Positions 11,990-23,387 of a DNA stretch of 64,000 nucleotides are shown here, in pieces. The notes beneath the pieces were generated by a model. The model ran no database searches, was not told where the DNA came from, and saw only the letters and a program-made list of their open reading frames with translations. The position numbers and the translations under genes are program-made. The stretch covers positions 4,092,001-4,156,000 of the forward strand of contig JAYWIR010000013.1 in the NCBI GenBank assembly GCA_036172245.1, given 5' to 3'. Each line of letters begins with the position of its first letter. Position 1 is the first letter of the stretch. This DNA comes from Raillietiella orientalis (taxonomy: Eukaryota).

Positions 11990-13690
11990 AGGTTTGAGAT
12001 TTGGGCGCCCCGTTGACAACGTTTCGTCTTCCTTCCGGCAGCGCCTACATGCGCGTTCTTCTACTTTCGCCCTTGGCCCAGTACCCTGGCTGGTATGACG
12101 TTCAGTCGGGCTGCGTGGATGAATTGGTAGTCCTGGAACCCCTGCTCGGCAGAGAACATCTCCAACTGGAGGCCAACATCTATTGGAAACGGCACACACA
12201 GTCTGTACGCCAATTTCCTGGCCTCCAGACTCAGAAATCGGGTCATGGAAAACGGAGTAACTGGGAGTCAACAAGAAGGCTTACTACCCTTTGATGGGGC
12301 ACTGGAGCAGAACTTGGTTCTTCAAACGAGAATGGACTCTGCTCGTCGCCGGTCGCGGGATTTTTGACGTCTGGATGGGACCACTCGGTCTGAAGATTCG
12401 TCATCCCGCCTCGCTTGCAGGAAGCTCGGCACTGGTGTGGGAATCGAGTGGAATGAGCCGCTTTGGAACCCGGGCAGCCCCGTAGGGCGGCGCGTCTTCG
12501 ACGTGCATTCGTAGTCTCCATTCGCAGTCCCCAGTTCGGCGAGCGGAGGGGGCGGATCCACTCCAACGACCCGCGCTCAAGAACAGCAGCAAACGCGTGA
12601 AGCGCAGCGGACACTCTCGCCAGTTCTGGGATTCACTTTGTTTGCTGAGATCGGGATTTTCTTGCCACCGGGGTCTGGACATTAGGAGATCTCGGGAGCT
12701 GCTCTGACCCGGCCAGCATCCCCAGTCTTTCTCAAGATGTAGCGGGGTACGGTGGGGGAAGAGATTCGGCCGCAGTTCCCGATGCCAGTCTCCCCTTTGA
12801 ATTGCTCCCTTCGGGATCTCGACAGCGGGAGTCCCTCTTCCTGATTTCCTTACATCTGCCCTTCTTCTCACAACGCTTGCGGTGAAGAGGGCAGGCGTTG
12901 TTCTTAACGCGGCACTGTATCGGGAAACGCTGCCGTTCCCATAGTTGTCCAATCCTGGAGTCGGCGCTTGGCAGGACGGGACGTGCAGCTGCGATTCCTC
13001 AGCCCTATACGTCTTTCAGAGTTCATCTCGAATGCTTCCCGTCCGATGTTTGATCTCGGACCGCTCAGAATTCCCCCGTGGTAGAACACAAGGAGGTCAT
13101 CCTGAGTGTACACTGGCTGATCGCTTTTCTAGACTCTCTCTCCAGCTGCCCGCGGGTTCGTGCTGTGGATCCCGTAGCGGTTCGCAGCCGCGGCGGGGCG
13201 TCCTCAAATCTTTCCCTTTATGGAGATGGGCTCCTGGAGGGTTTCCTTTGTAATTCTGGACCACGAGTAGTTTTTTTGGTTTTCCCACATTTCTCGTGTG
13301 CCGTAAGTAAAATCTCTTGTTTCCTGGTGGTAGCGGAACAGCTGCATTTGGTGACGGTCGCCACTGGTGGAGAACTGTTCGCAACCTTCAGTTTTCAGTC
13401 CGGCTTTCTGGTATATCGACTGCCATGTCTCCCGCTGAACGGGAAGGAAGCGAGGAATTACCGTGGTCAGTTCTTCTTTCCACACTCCTTTGCTGCGATG
13501 CACTACGTTTCAACTGGTGAGTCCTCACCAGTGCCTGCTTGTTCTCCTAAGCGGGGTCGATGCTGCCACCTCATTCTTCAGTTCTGCCTGTGAGGGGCTG
13601 GCGTCAGGCCGCTCCGTCTGATCAGCTGCTTTCAGTACGCTCTATGCGCCGCAGGAGGCCGCTTGTCCTATTCTTTGGGCAGTTTCAGGA
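11990..13690 (-). mobile_element. decayed RLE-clade non-LTR retrotransposon (NeSL/Utopia/R2-like): RT plus C-terminal CCHC region
   Basis: Motifs in order: YQKAGLKTEGCEQ (QKGF..EGCxEH), EPISIKGKI*GRP (PIxxGVKQGCP), VYTQDDLLVF (YADD), RIGLRNRSC (GLxFNxxKC), LHLEKDWGC (LxLxxxxGGLG), FQDYQFIHAARLNVIP (WRFIHRARLNxxP), ACRRCRKEDETL (CRRC..ETLxH). No PD..D nuclease motif seen. Confidence 0.6.
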
Positions 13691-14660
13691 GTTGTCGCGC
13701 ATCCATGATGTATATGAAGTCTTCCAGCGATTCCATCGCAGTCCTGCGATCTTTACGCGGACAGCGCAGGAGCTTGAGCCGCGCCCGGGATCTGCACTCT
13801 CGTTGCAGAAGCTTTCTCCCCAGCTGTTCCCCTTCCATCCGAGTCTTCCGTGAATTCGCCTGAAGGCTGCTCCGTAGAGCACCATGGGAAGTAGAACGCC
13901 ATTCTGCAATGCTTCATGAGGAAGTCTTTTGAGGTCTGCTTTGCTGTTGCTTCTCTTGCTTTTCCCAGGATCTCCTTTCACGAAATTTGCGCAGTTAAAG
14001 GTCCATAACGTGGGCTCCGAGGTACTTTTGATGTCATCTACCATTCCGATTCTTTTTTCGTTAACTTGGAGGGGTCCACGATGCCGACGGGCAAGGATTG
14101 CGACTTCTGGACGTTGATCTTAAGGACTACGCGTTTTCCGTAGACTTGACTACAACCAGAAATGCACGCTCATCCTTCAAGAAGAAGAGAAGATCGTTCG
14201 AATGCTCCAGTTGAATCAGTCCGCTGTCGCCTGTCCTCGTCTTCTAAAGGAGACCGCCTCCATACATCACATCGACGACACAGCCTTCGCGTAGATGACG
14301 AATAGCACGGGAATCGTGAAGGCGTATCCTTGACGGATCTCCCTCTCCATCTGGATTGCGTCCGTATCCTAGCGGTCTCCAGGAGCACCCAGGGTCGACA
14401 CGTCGAGAGGCGGGGAACGGGATTCTCAAACCTGGCATCCTCCTCATTCCGCGAACATCCGTGATGCGAGGCATCTTGAATAAGAGAGTTACACATGTCT
14501 GCCGTCGCAGCTCTTCCGTGATGCGAGAACTCATGAATGGAAAAGGTGTGTTCGCTTCCAGTACTCTTAGCGCAATGAAGGAAGGCGGAAATCTCTTGAC
14601 CAGGAACGAATCAGTAAGGGGCTCAAGACCCTTGTAAGCAACGCCATCTACGAATGGCAT
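13690..14660 (-). mobile_element. degenerate L1-like RT fragment (domains 3-7 and thumb)
   Basis: Across frameshifts: VDGVAYKG..FPPSFI, IQMEREIRQG..PVLF, HSNDLLFFLKD (YADD), LKINVQKS, KYLGA, VLLPMVLYG. Confidence 0.65.
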
Positions 14661-14699
14661 GGACGGGAAGCACCAAACACGGATATTGGTCGGGCAGTG

Positions 14700-16545
14700 T
14701 GACCTCCGTCACTGCACCAACAACAAACCATGCGGACGATCTTCTGCTGCTGCTCCCCATTTCCACCCCGGCGTAGGCGGTCGAAAACTTTTTCGAGCTG
14801 CCGCGGTGGTGAACAGAGCAAAGTCGCCCGTGGTTGCAGTCGGTTCGTCGTGGGCAGGGCAGCACGACTGGTCCCGCATGGGGATCCCCACGGTGCGGTA
14901 CTTCAAGTACCTTGGTGTACCGTTGGTGGAATACTTTCCGGCGTGGTCTGGCTGCCTCCAAAAGGCCGAGAAGGCAATCGGCCCGTTCCTGAATGGCGAA
15001 TTTCTCTTGCCGGAACGGGCCGTGGTGTGGAACACGTTCGTGGCCCCCCTTTTTCTCCACTTGCTTTTTGTTTTCCCTCACCCTGCGGTGTGGAGAGGCG
15101 GACGAATGACCTCCTGAGGATAGCCCTTTGGGGCAGAGGGGGACCCCGAATCCACCTGAAGGACTTGTGTGCTCCGCGTCGCGATGGAGGCTTCGGCCTC
15201 CTCACTCTGTGGCGGCTGGAACTGCAGCTGCAGTTCAGGACGCTAGCCCTAGTGGCGCAGTTGTGGGGCACCAGCTGGTGCGAGCCTGCACGATACCGGG
15301 TTCAGCGAGCCAGAGGCTGCGATGGGCTATCTACCTTCCTAGAGCGCCTCAAACGCCGGTATCTGTTCCACTGCAGACTGGCACTTCGGCGAGTGGTCAA
15401 GCTGACCAGCATAAACACCTGGATCTCCTGCCGGCCCGTGAACGGCACTTCCTTGTTGCAGGAAAGCCTTCACACGTGGGCCCAGAACGAGGAAGCGAGC
15501 CTGGAGTTGCTGCAGCGAATGCTGCTCTCCTATCACAAGAGCCGCTCGCTGCAGGACATCATTATGCAGCCCACCTTGAGCGCATGGGCTGAGAGGACCT
15601 CCCTCGCCGCGTCTCTGCCCTACCTCAGGGAGCACCTGGGCAGTAGCCAGCCGGCCAAGTGGGAGTTCCGATGCAGAATCTCGTCAAGGGAGAGAGAACA
15701 AGGTGGTTGGACCACGGGCCAGCTGACTGACGCTGCGTGTCCAAGTGCCCCACGAAAAGAACTATTGCGATGGAAGAGCTGCTGAGCATACCGCTGGACG
15801 TACTCGAATGGCCCCCAGTGCTGAAGAATACCCGGGCCCTCCCCCTGAAGTGGAAGGAGTCGGCATTTCTGGTGTTGCATTGGGGACTCCCCAACAACGC
15901 CCGCCAATCTAATGGATGAGGGAGGCTGTGGATCCGAAATGTGTCAGGTGCGGGGAACGGGAATCCCTCCCGCACCTGCTTCTTGACTGTGTTGCCCTCC
16001 GGCCCTGTGGTTGCGTTTCGCAACGGCCCTTGAAGCATCCATTAACAACCCCAGAGACGTATTCAAGCGCCTCTTTGTGCGCGACGCCCTTTCGCCTGCC
16101 GCAGCCCTTGCAGCCCTCTACTGCAAGCAAGGGATTATGGAGGCCTGGAGCACCGCCACTGGTGGACCGCACGATAGGGGCATCATCTGCTCCGCCCTGC
16201 GCTTCCTGAGGGGATGGTCCCATCAGGGACGTATGCGGACTGAACTTGCCGGCATCCTGGAAAGGATGTGGAGGACGACCCCAGCGGGGCGTGATCCTTC
16301 CCCGACCCCTCCCTGCTTTTGTAAATAGTGTTTTCTTTTTTTTTTATTGTTGTTGTTTTTTTTGTTTTTGTTTTGGTTTGTTTTTATTTGTCCCTTCCCC
16401 CTCCGCTGCCGAGTTGAACTCGCCAGCCCGCGCGATGGCTACTCGGCAAGTTCAAAGTATTTTTTATCGGACGCTGTAGGGGCAATGGCCCTACACATGC
16501 TTGTTTGTTTGTTTACAAAAATAAACGCCCTGGCGCACCCGGGTG
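14700..16545 (+). mobile_element. L1/Tx1-like LINE subfamily A, 5'-truncated (RT domain 5 to 3' end), frameshifted
   Basis: HADDLLLLLP, VNRAKS, FKYLGVPL, LCAPRRDGGFGL, CCHC knuckle PKCVRCGERESLPHLLLDC (~15935-15990), stop at 16328, T-rich UTR, terminal AATAAACGCCCTGGCGCACCCGGGTG (16520-16545). Colinear with 45743-47960. Confidence 0.85.
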
Positions 16546-16549
16546 TGCA

Positions 16550-17050
16550 AACAACAAACCCAATCCTCGGTCAAGCGCCCCAGTGTCGCAGCCGCGTTCA
16601 CGAAGGCTGCTATGGGAAGCGGCGAAGACCGACTGCTCCCCACCAACCTACACCCAAGATGGACTCTTTGCTTCCACCGGAGGACTCACCATCTCCACTA
16701 TTGCCCGCTCCCTTTGATTCCGCTGAAAAGCTTCTCGGAGATGCAGATCGAAGCATCCAGAAGGAATTTCCCTGTCCTTTGCAGAGAAAGGCACTTTTTT
16801 CCAGGTTGCCCCTTTGGCTCCTGTGTGAGGCCCGCATCTTGTGGTCGGCATCTGCCGTCGAAACGAAAGACACATGCGTCTCGAGGGAGTGGCGCACCCT
16901 CGGATGCATCCAGCAGGAAAGGTAAGTGCTCCCTGCTCTCCCCAAACGGCGTCAGTGGAGCAGGATGCTGGAATCGAAACGAAACTTCACAGGCGGACTA
17001 CAAAGTTTGCTACCAGCATGCCTTCTCTGTCCGTGGCGCCTCACAGCGTT
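16550..17050 (+). pseudogene. PHD/PZP-finger (PHF14/BRPF/AF10-like) remnant
   Basis: TTNPIL..QCRSRVHEGCYG matches the C..VHxxCYG PHD1 signature. FPCPLQRKALF follows, then frameshifted KCSLL..GAG..CYQHAF, consistent with a degraded PZP module. Confidence 0.45.
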
Positions 17051-17769
17051 CGCATCTTTCCGAAACGCTTCCACAAACGGTAAGTGACGTCGGAAACCCC
17101 CCCCCCCCGTTCGTGATTTTCCTCCCTGGAGGACGGGAAAACAAGCAGGACCGTGAAACTTTGCTAATTCCAGGAATTCTTAATTTGGTTTTCGATGATT
17201 CTGAAGCCGTTGAAACAAAACGGAGGATGAAATCAACTGACGCATGGATTACATTCAGAACCACAGATTTCGATAACCGCCGCCATGTGACCCGAGGGGT
17301 CAAATGGTGACTGGATTTCCCGATCTCAGAGTGACCTGGGGAGTGCACTTGGAAGACAGTCTGCGATGCGGAGTCACAAACTTCTGCGTGCGAGAAGTAA
17401 ATTTCGCCACATCAAAGGGAAAGGGAGCAAATTCCAGCGTGTCACAGGGACGAAGACCCACTCCCTCGAGCTCCAAGCCACCCACTTTTAAAATGCATTC
17501 GCCTTTTCGCATGGGGTGCGCTCAAACTGCAGACACCACACTCCCTCGACCGTCTTTGAAGACCAGTTATGAGCCACCAGCTTTGCTTTGCAGAATTCAT
17601 TAAATTTTCGACTTGTAATCAAACAGCTGACTCGCTTGTATCCAGCTGCCCAGCTTCCTGTTCCATAGATCGGATCCGTGTAGAGAGATGTGTTCACCAG
17701 TCTGGACGCAGAGAGTGTTGAACATCCGAAAAATACTGATCGGTTCGACGATACTTTCGTGCATGAAAA

Positions 17770-18260
17770 AATCCGCAGGCTGGCATCCTTCACCCCGGAT
17801 GAAATCTCACCGGATGAACTTCTTGAAGAGGGTCACCTTGGGGTCACTCGCTACTGGGCACTCTATGCTAAGAGGCATCCAGAAGGAGTCGGAATATGGC
17901 TGGTAAACAAAATGTACGAGAGTATAAGAAACGCTCTAGGCAGTTTTCGAATCCATCTGGAAGACCGTTCCTCAAACCGAGCGTGGAAAGTTTGCGTCTG
18001 ATCAGAATCGCATGTCAAGTAGGCTCGGATGTCGATCCCCAATCCAGGAAATAAAAAGTCCGTGATCAGCTGGAGGCAAATGTCGCACAAAAGCGCTCGG
18101 CAACGGGAATACCAATGAGCTGCAAAATTTGCAGAATCTGTGCAAACAAATCTGCTCTTTGCTTCGCATTCGGCTCTCTTCAGTGGACGGGGCACCGGAA
18201 AGTTCACGTTCCTCAGGGGTCACTCGGAATCCGAGATCGCTTACAGCTTTTGGACATCCC
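17770..18260 (+). pseudogene. possible protein-kinase N-lobe remnant
   Basis: FTPDEISPDELLEEGHLG..YWALY resembles a Gly-rich loop context. Later VPQGSL..RLQLLDI. No HRD or DFG motif seen. Confidence 0.25.
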
Positions 18261-21200
18261 CATCACTGATTCCGTCGCTACGCAGCATGAATCCCAAAAT
18301 GCGTGCAGCTCATCAGGAGCGCCTTGCTGTTATCAGGCCTGCCCGAGCCGCAAGGAATCTAAGCGAGCAGGAGGCGAGTCCGGAGGGAAGAAAGATCGTT
18401 TCCATGGAGAGCCACTCCTCCGTATGACTGAAGGGAGGCGAAGGGAAGAAAGGCGGACAGCCGATTCGAAACGAGTCCTAACGCAACAGATCATGCACCG
18501 CAATTTCCGTGTGAGGGACGATCATATGCTGATCGCCACGTGCCTTGGCGGAGAAAATTTTACGAGGACTCCAAGAAAGCGCAGGATGCCTTCTAAACCA
18601 AAGCGTTTCCGCTGTCCACATCATTTCCGACGATACGACTGAAGCTGCTGCGACGTAAAATCAAAGGAACGAAAGGCTGAGCCACAACTGGGATCTCTGG
18701 CTTCCGAGAGGAGTTGATGGCACTTTATTTACCTAATGGCCTGACGTTCGATTTCGGAGGGATTCCTTTCGATCCAAAGACTAATCACGTTATATTGATG
18801 AGTCAACCCAAGATGGCTTGCCGGTCTTCTTGGAGGATGTGGAGGTACGGATCTCACCTCTCTGCTGATCATCCCAGCTCTTCTGGTCATGCCCTTACCA
18901 TCAGTTCGCGAACCCCCCATTTGGAATACATCCCTTTTCTTAAAGAAAGTCAGCGGAAGGAGCTTTCAGCTGAATTTCAATAATTCATTGCTCGTTCATA
19001 GGTGACTGTAATAATTGTCGTTGGTGTCCATTGTGTATTTCTATGGTGCATTTTCTATCCTCGATTGGAATGAATAAGCAATTCAATCCACACATTTCAC
19101 GTTATAGACTGAAAAATTGCCTTCTCCTGCGTGGGCGGTGGTGAACTGCCTTCTTCCTCTTCATAGGAGTTGCAATCCTTCTGTTTCATCCATAGTTTAT
19201 CATTTTCCGTGCTGCAGTTCCGAAGGTACTTTCTAGAACATTTTTAGATGCATTTCAAAATGACATTTAGATACGTTTTTAGAACGGAATGAAATATCGG
19301 AGAAACAAATTCATGGTTTGCATTCCTTACCGAACCCAAGTGTGTGTTGACTTCTCTGGAAGCGTTTTCTTTAACGTGGCTCATTGGTTCATTAGTTCGG
19401 CCCCCATCTTTTGGCGAACCACGCCCAAAAGGAAATGTTAGTCTTCACGTTCTGCTGGTCCAGATTGGACGCCGATCGCACTGCTGCTGATTATCCTAGC
19501 AGTTTCCTGTCTCATACCAGAGGGCTCTCTCTGATTTCGCCGTTCTCTCCTGGGATTCCAGTTCACATCAGCCTTTCCCCCAGCTCAAACGAAATTTTCC
19601 ACATCGCGACTCCTCGCTCGAGTCTTCTTTGTCAGCGGTCCACTATCCTCTTGACACCCCTGGTTACCCCGGCCTCTCTGCGAGTCCCGCTTGCATGCAA
19701 CAGCTCCTAGCAACAGCGCCCAACCGTGATCGGAGTTCAGGAAAAGAAAGTGCCAGCAGCCTGCTCAAGCGATTCGAGCGGAAGCGGAAGGAACATCCTT
19801 CCGTGCTTTGAATCTTCGTGAGCCACGCCAGCTGACACTTTGGCTACGGGTCAGTTTGATTCATGCAGATGTGGGCCTCTGTAGCAGCTCATCTCTGCGA
19901 CGCGTTCTCTTCCGGAAGTGAGGAACAAAGTTCACGAGAAACCTGAAGCGTAGATTGACATTTGGTATGGAGAAGCAGATCGCCTCAACGAGCTGCTATT
20001 AACTTTTTATTAACGGTAAGCAACGTCTATGCAGATAGAAAGCTCCTTTACTTTTAATGAACGTTCGCATCTTGCCGTTGCTGATCTTGAGCAGCGACAG
20101 AACAAATGCTCTAATTAGCGAACTCTGGAGACTTTTCCCTTGGCCGGTTGGCATGGCAAGAGAGCACATGATTCTAATAGAATACCGATCAGCTTAGAAG
20201 CTTAGTGAATGGTGAGGATTTTTTCCTCTCCCTCGTAGCAACGAGCCTTGACATCTCTCGACGCCCTTGCTTCACTCAAGAAGAGAAGCTAAGATGGGCA
20301 TTCAGATGGTCGCTATCCCATCCTCCCCACTTGTGTGGTTGCGGTGTTCGAGTAACCTCCAATTTCTCTCGGCTGTGGACGGATCCATCTTTCCACGATT
20401 CCTCGCATTCTAGCCTCCGTACAAAGCGGTTCCGATGCACGCAGATTCCAATGCGTGCTGGAGTTGTATCTTTGTAGGTCCCCGGGCACCTCTCTGAGGA
20501 ATTTTTCCTCGTTCTCGCGCCCCACGCTTATCTTTGAAAATTATCATCACCCCGCTGTTTGCGATAAGAAGGGCAAATGCCTAACGTGGAACAGCAGCCG
20601 CACTGCCTTCCTGCCAGCACCGTTGCACCAGTCAGCTGATGTTTTCACAGGGCGTGGAAACGTTGGAGGCTGACTTGAGATCTCTGAAACACAAGGAGGT
20701 GTTCGGTGTTTCCATTTGATATACCTCTGAGTTAGCCTCAGGTCATCATCGATGCTTCAAGTCTGCCTGATTCCAGCGCTCCTATCGGAGATGCCAATAA
20801 ATTTGCCACTGGTTTGCTTAGGCACTCTTCTCCTCCGGCATTGCTGAAATTGGGTTGCTTCTTTCTTTCTGGGTCATCAGAAGACGTCTTATATGCTTCA
20901 TTTGAGTCTTCGAAATTGTCACGCTGTCGCACTGCGGTTTTTCATTCCGAATCCTCGGTTTCCCTTTTTTTCGTGGGTTGGGTGGGGGGGGATCCATTTT
21001 GCTGGACGGCTCATGATGGATATTTTTGTGTAGGGCCTCCGATATTTGCGCTGTCATGGCACCGCACCATTCCCTGCTTCCCCCTGGGATGCGGCGTTCT
21101 CGCACGAAATTTTCCTTCACTTGATCATCCTCATATGGAGTTTTTCCTCGACAGATGTTTTTCTTCTCTTCCATGAAACACAATGTAGGAAGTAAAGTGC

Positions 21201-23387
21201 AAAGTTTGAAACCTGTTAGCGAGATGAGCGCTTCCCAGTGTAGAAAATGCGCTTTCTTTCCGGTTTGCCCTTGCATCAGTTTGTGATAAGCATCCTGTAG
21301 GTGGTTCAGGATCTTCTTAACGTTATGGCTGCTGATGAACAGTTTGTGGCGTGAAACTTCGGATCTCTTTGGATCTTCAGGATCTCTCGTGGCTGAACCA
21401 TCGGATTTGAGGAATCCGTCTTCCGCCTTTTGCTTCATAGGTTGCTTTTTCCTGGATGAGCTCAGAGCGCATCCAGGGAATTCTTTCTTTATTATTCAGT
21501 TCTTCCGTGGTTTGGGCCATGCAGCTTCTCGGGTGGTGTAGATAGCGCACCAGATGCAGAGACTCATGCGTTCTTTCCCAAGTGTGTCTGCCGAGCACAT
21601 GATATGAGACCTGCATCTTGAAGCAAAGAGGGATCACAACAGTGGATGCAAATTCGTCTTTCGATGACATCTTCGTCTTGTTCTGATGGCTGTTCTCTGC
21701 CGTTTCGACAGAAACGCTCCGCAGATTTGGGGCGCTGCTCGGTTCACACGTTCTCAGCTTCTTTCTAAGAAGCCGTGTAGCCTCGGCAGGAACAATTTTG
21801 GGAAACTCTTGGAAAGAGACTCCATCAGAGCCCGAAAATGTGGTATGCGTAGGTTCTTGTTTGCTCCCAGACCTTTTTCTTTTTCTTTCCCAAACAAAGA
21901 CACAATGCATGATAGCGGAATGCCATTTGTTGCTAACACGTCTTCACCCACATCCGCGCATGTGAGCAAATAAAAATGAATACATTCGTGTTTTATGTGC
22001 ATGTCTCGAAAGAAAGAACAGGAACATGCAAACAAGAATTTCCAGGGAAGAAGGGAGTTTTTGAAACTTGAAGAGCATGCTCGTTGGCATCAGCAGCGAC
22101 AAAGGAGCAAACAAAAGAGAAGATCATTTTTGTGCTGGCTGGATTCCATCGCAATCGGTGAAGGTCGGCGAATCGGCCTGATCTCCGTGGTCGATTCAGC
22201 CGCCTTCTTCATGGGAAGGAAGCGGCTGAATGTCTCCTCTCTTGAGCATCTTCGAATGTCTCCAGGAAGAAGCTGAGGCTGTTCCTTGATCCGTGCCATT
22301 TCACCCGCGTACAGTTCCGTCTGTCTCACTACCATCCAGCGCGGAACCCCAGCACCAAGTGCTCATGCTGACGTCAAGACATGCAATGGGCACGGAAGGA
22401 AAGACACCTCAACACAGTTCGCTTTCAGAGTTTCAAGCGGACAGAAAAGAAAGCAAAAACTCTTCCGTAGCTTCCATTTTGTTTTTCTGATCTGAATCGA
22501 GAAAAGTTTCACACCAGCAATAGGGGTGGCGAGGTTCCTCTCTTGCTGTTCCTCGAGAAGGGTCGTTTGTGGGAGGAGTCGCCACCGAATTTCAACGAAG
22601 AGAGCTTTTTGCAGCCTCTGTGCTTGCTAACGGAATTCACGGAAGTTCCGTTTTTTCCGGAGCTTTCCTTTGCACTTTTCTTGCAAACTGGCAGCCCGCA
22701 GTTGACGTCAATCCTCCTCTTTCCGAAGTTGTTGGAAGGCTGTCATCCTCCATGGAAGGGGATGTGCAAATCCGTTTGCAATGGCTCCTCTTAGTGAGCA
22801 ACCTCACGACCGGCGAAGACAACCCGAGGTCGGGGAAATGCGTTGGGAACGCGTCGGGATGGGCCGTGAAGTCGGCTGCACATCGCCTTATCGATTTCAA
22901 GGAACGCGCGTCTCTTTATCGACGTGGTCTCAACTCGTTTCCCAATAACCGCTGCTTTCCGTGGGCCCACATGCGCTGCTTCCGTGCGTGACACATGAAG
23001 TCGTGCCCTGAGATACATTCGCTAATCACTCTTGTTCGCTGTTCGGAACGATTCTTTTAGGAATCCCAAGCAAACCATGCGCCTTCAATCCATGGATCCT
23101 TTTTCCCTTTAGCCTCTTTTGCTCTAAGCTTCTTGAAGTTTTTGTCAATCTCCGGTTTGACATAATCGAAACGGGGATGAATCGCGTGCCAGCGCGCCCC
23201 GCAGACTAGCTTGCAGATGACAGCCGCATGGACCCGGCCCATAAAGCAAAAGGTTTCGGATTTTCTTTATAAAATAATAGGAAAAAGACGGCTTCAGAGC
23301 TGACTACGGGATCTTCCGTCATCTTCTTCACTTGTCACTTCAACTCGCCCTGTGGCGTAGAAAGTTCTTCCGTCGCTGGTGATTTTT

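Noticed and set aside
14111..14122. U2 target remnant (TAAGATCAA, minus strand) upstream of the RLE element
   Set aside because: Better explained as codons of the RT motif LKINVQKS.
13690..16545. single LINE with a twin-priming 5' inversion
   Set aside because: Both halves carry their own divergent RT domains 5-7, so they are separate elements.
21330..21370. hammerhead ribozyme core CTGATGA..GAAAC (also 7441)
   Set aside because: Stems II/III and the NUH cleavage site do not form.
21420..21620. HMG-box-like ELNNKERIPW..EKATYE (minus strand)
   Set aside because: Single-helix resemblance only.
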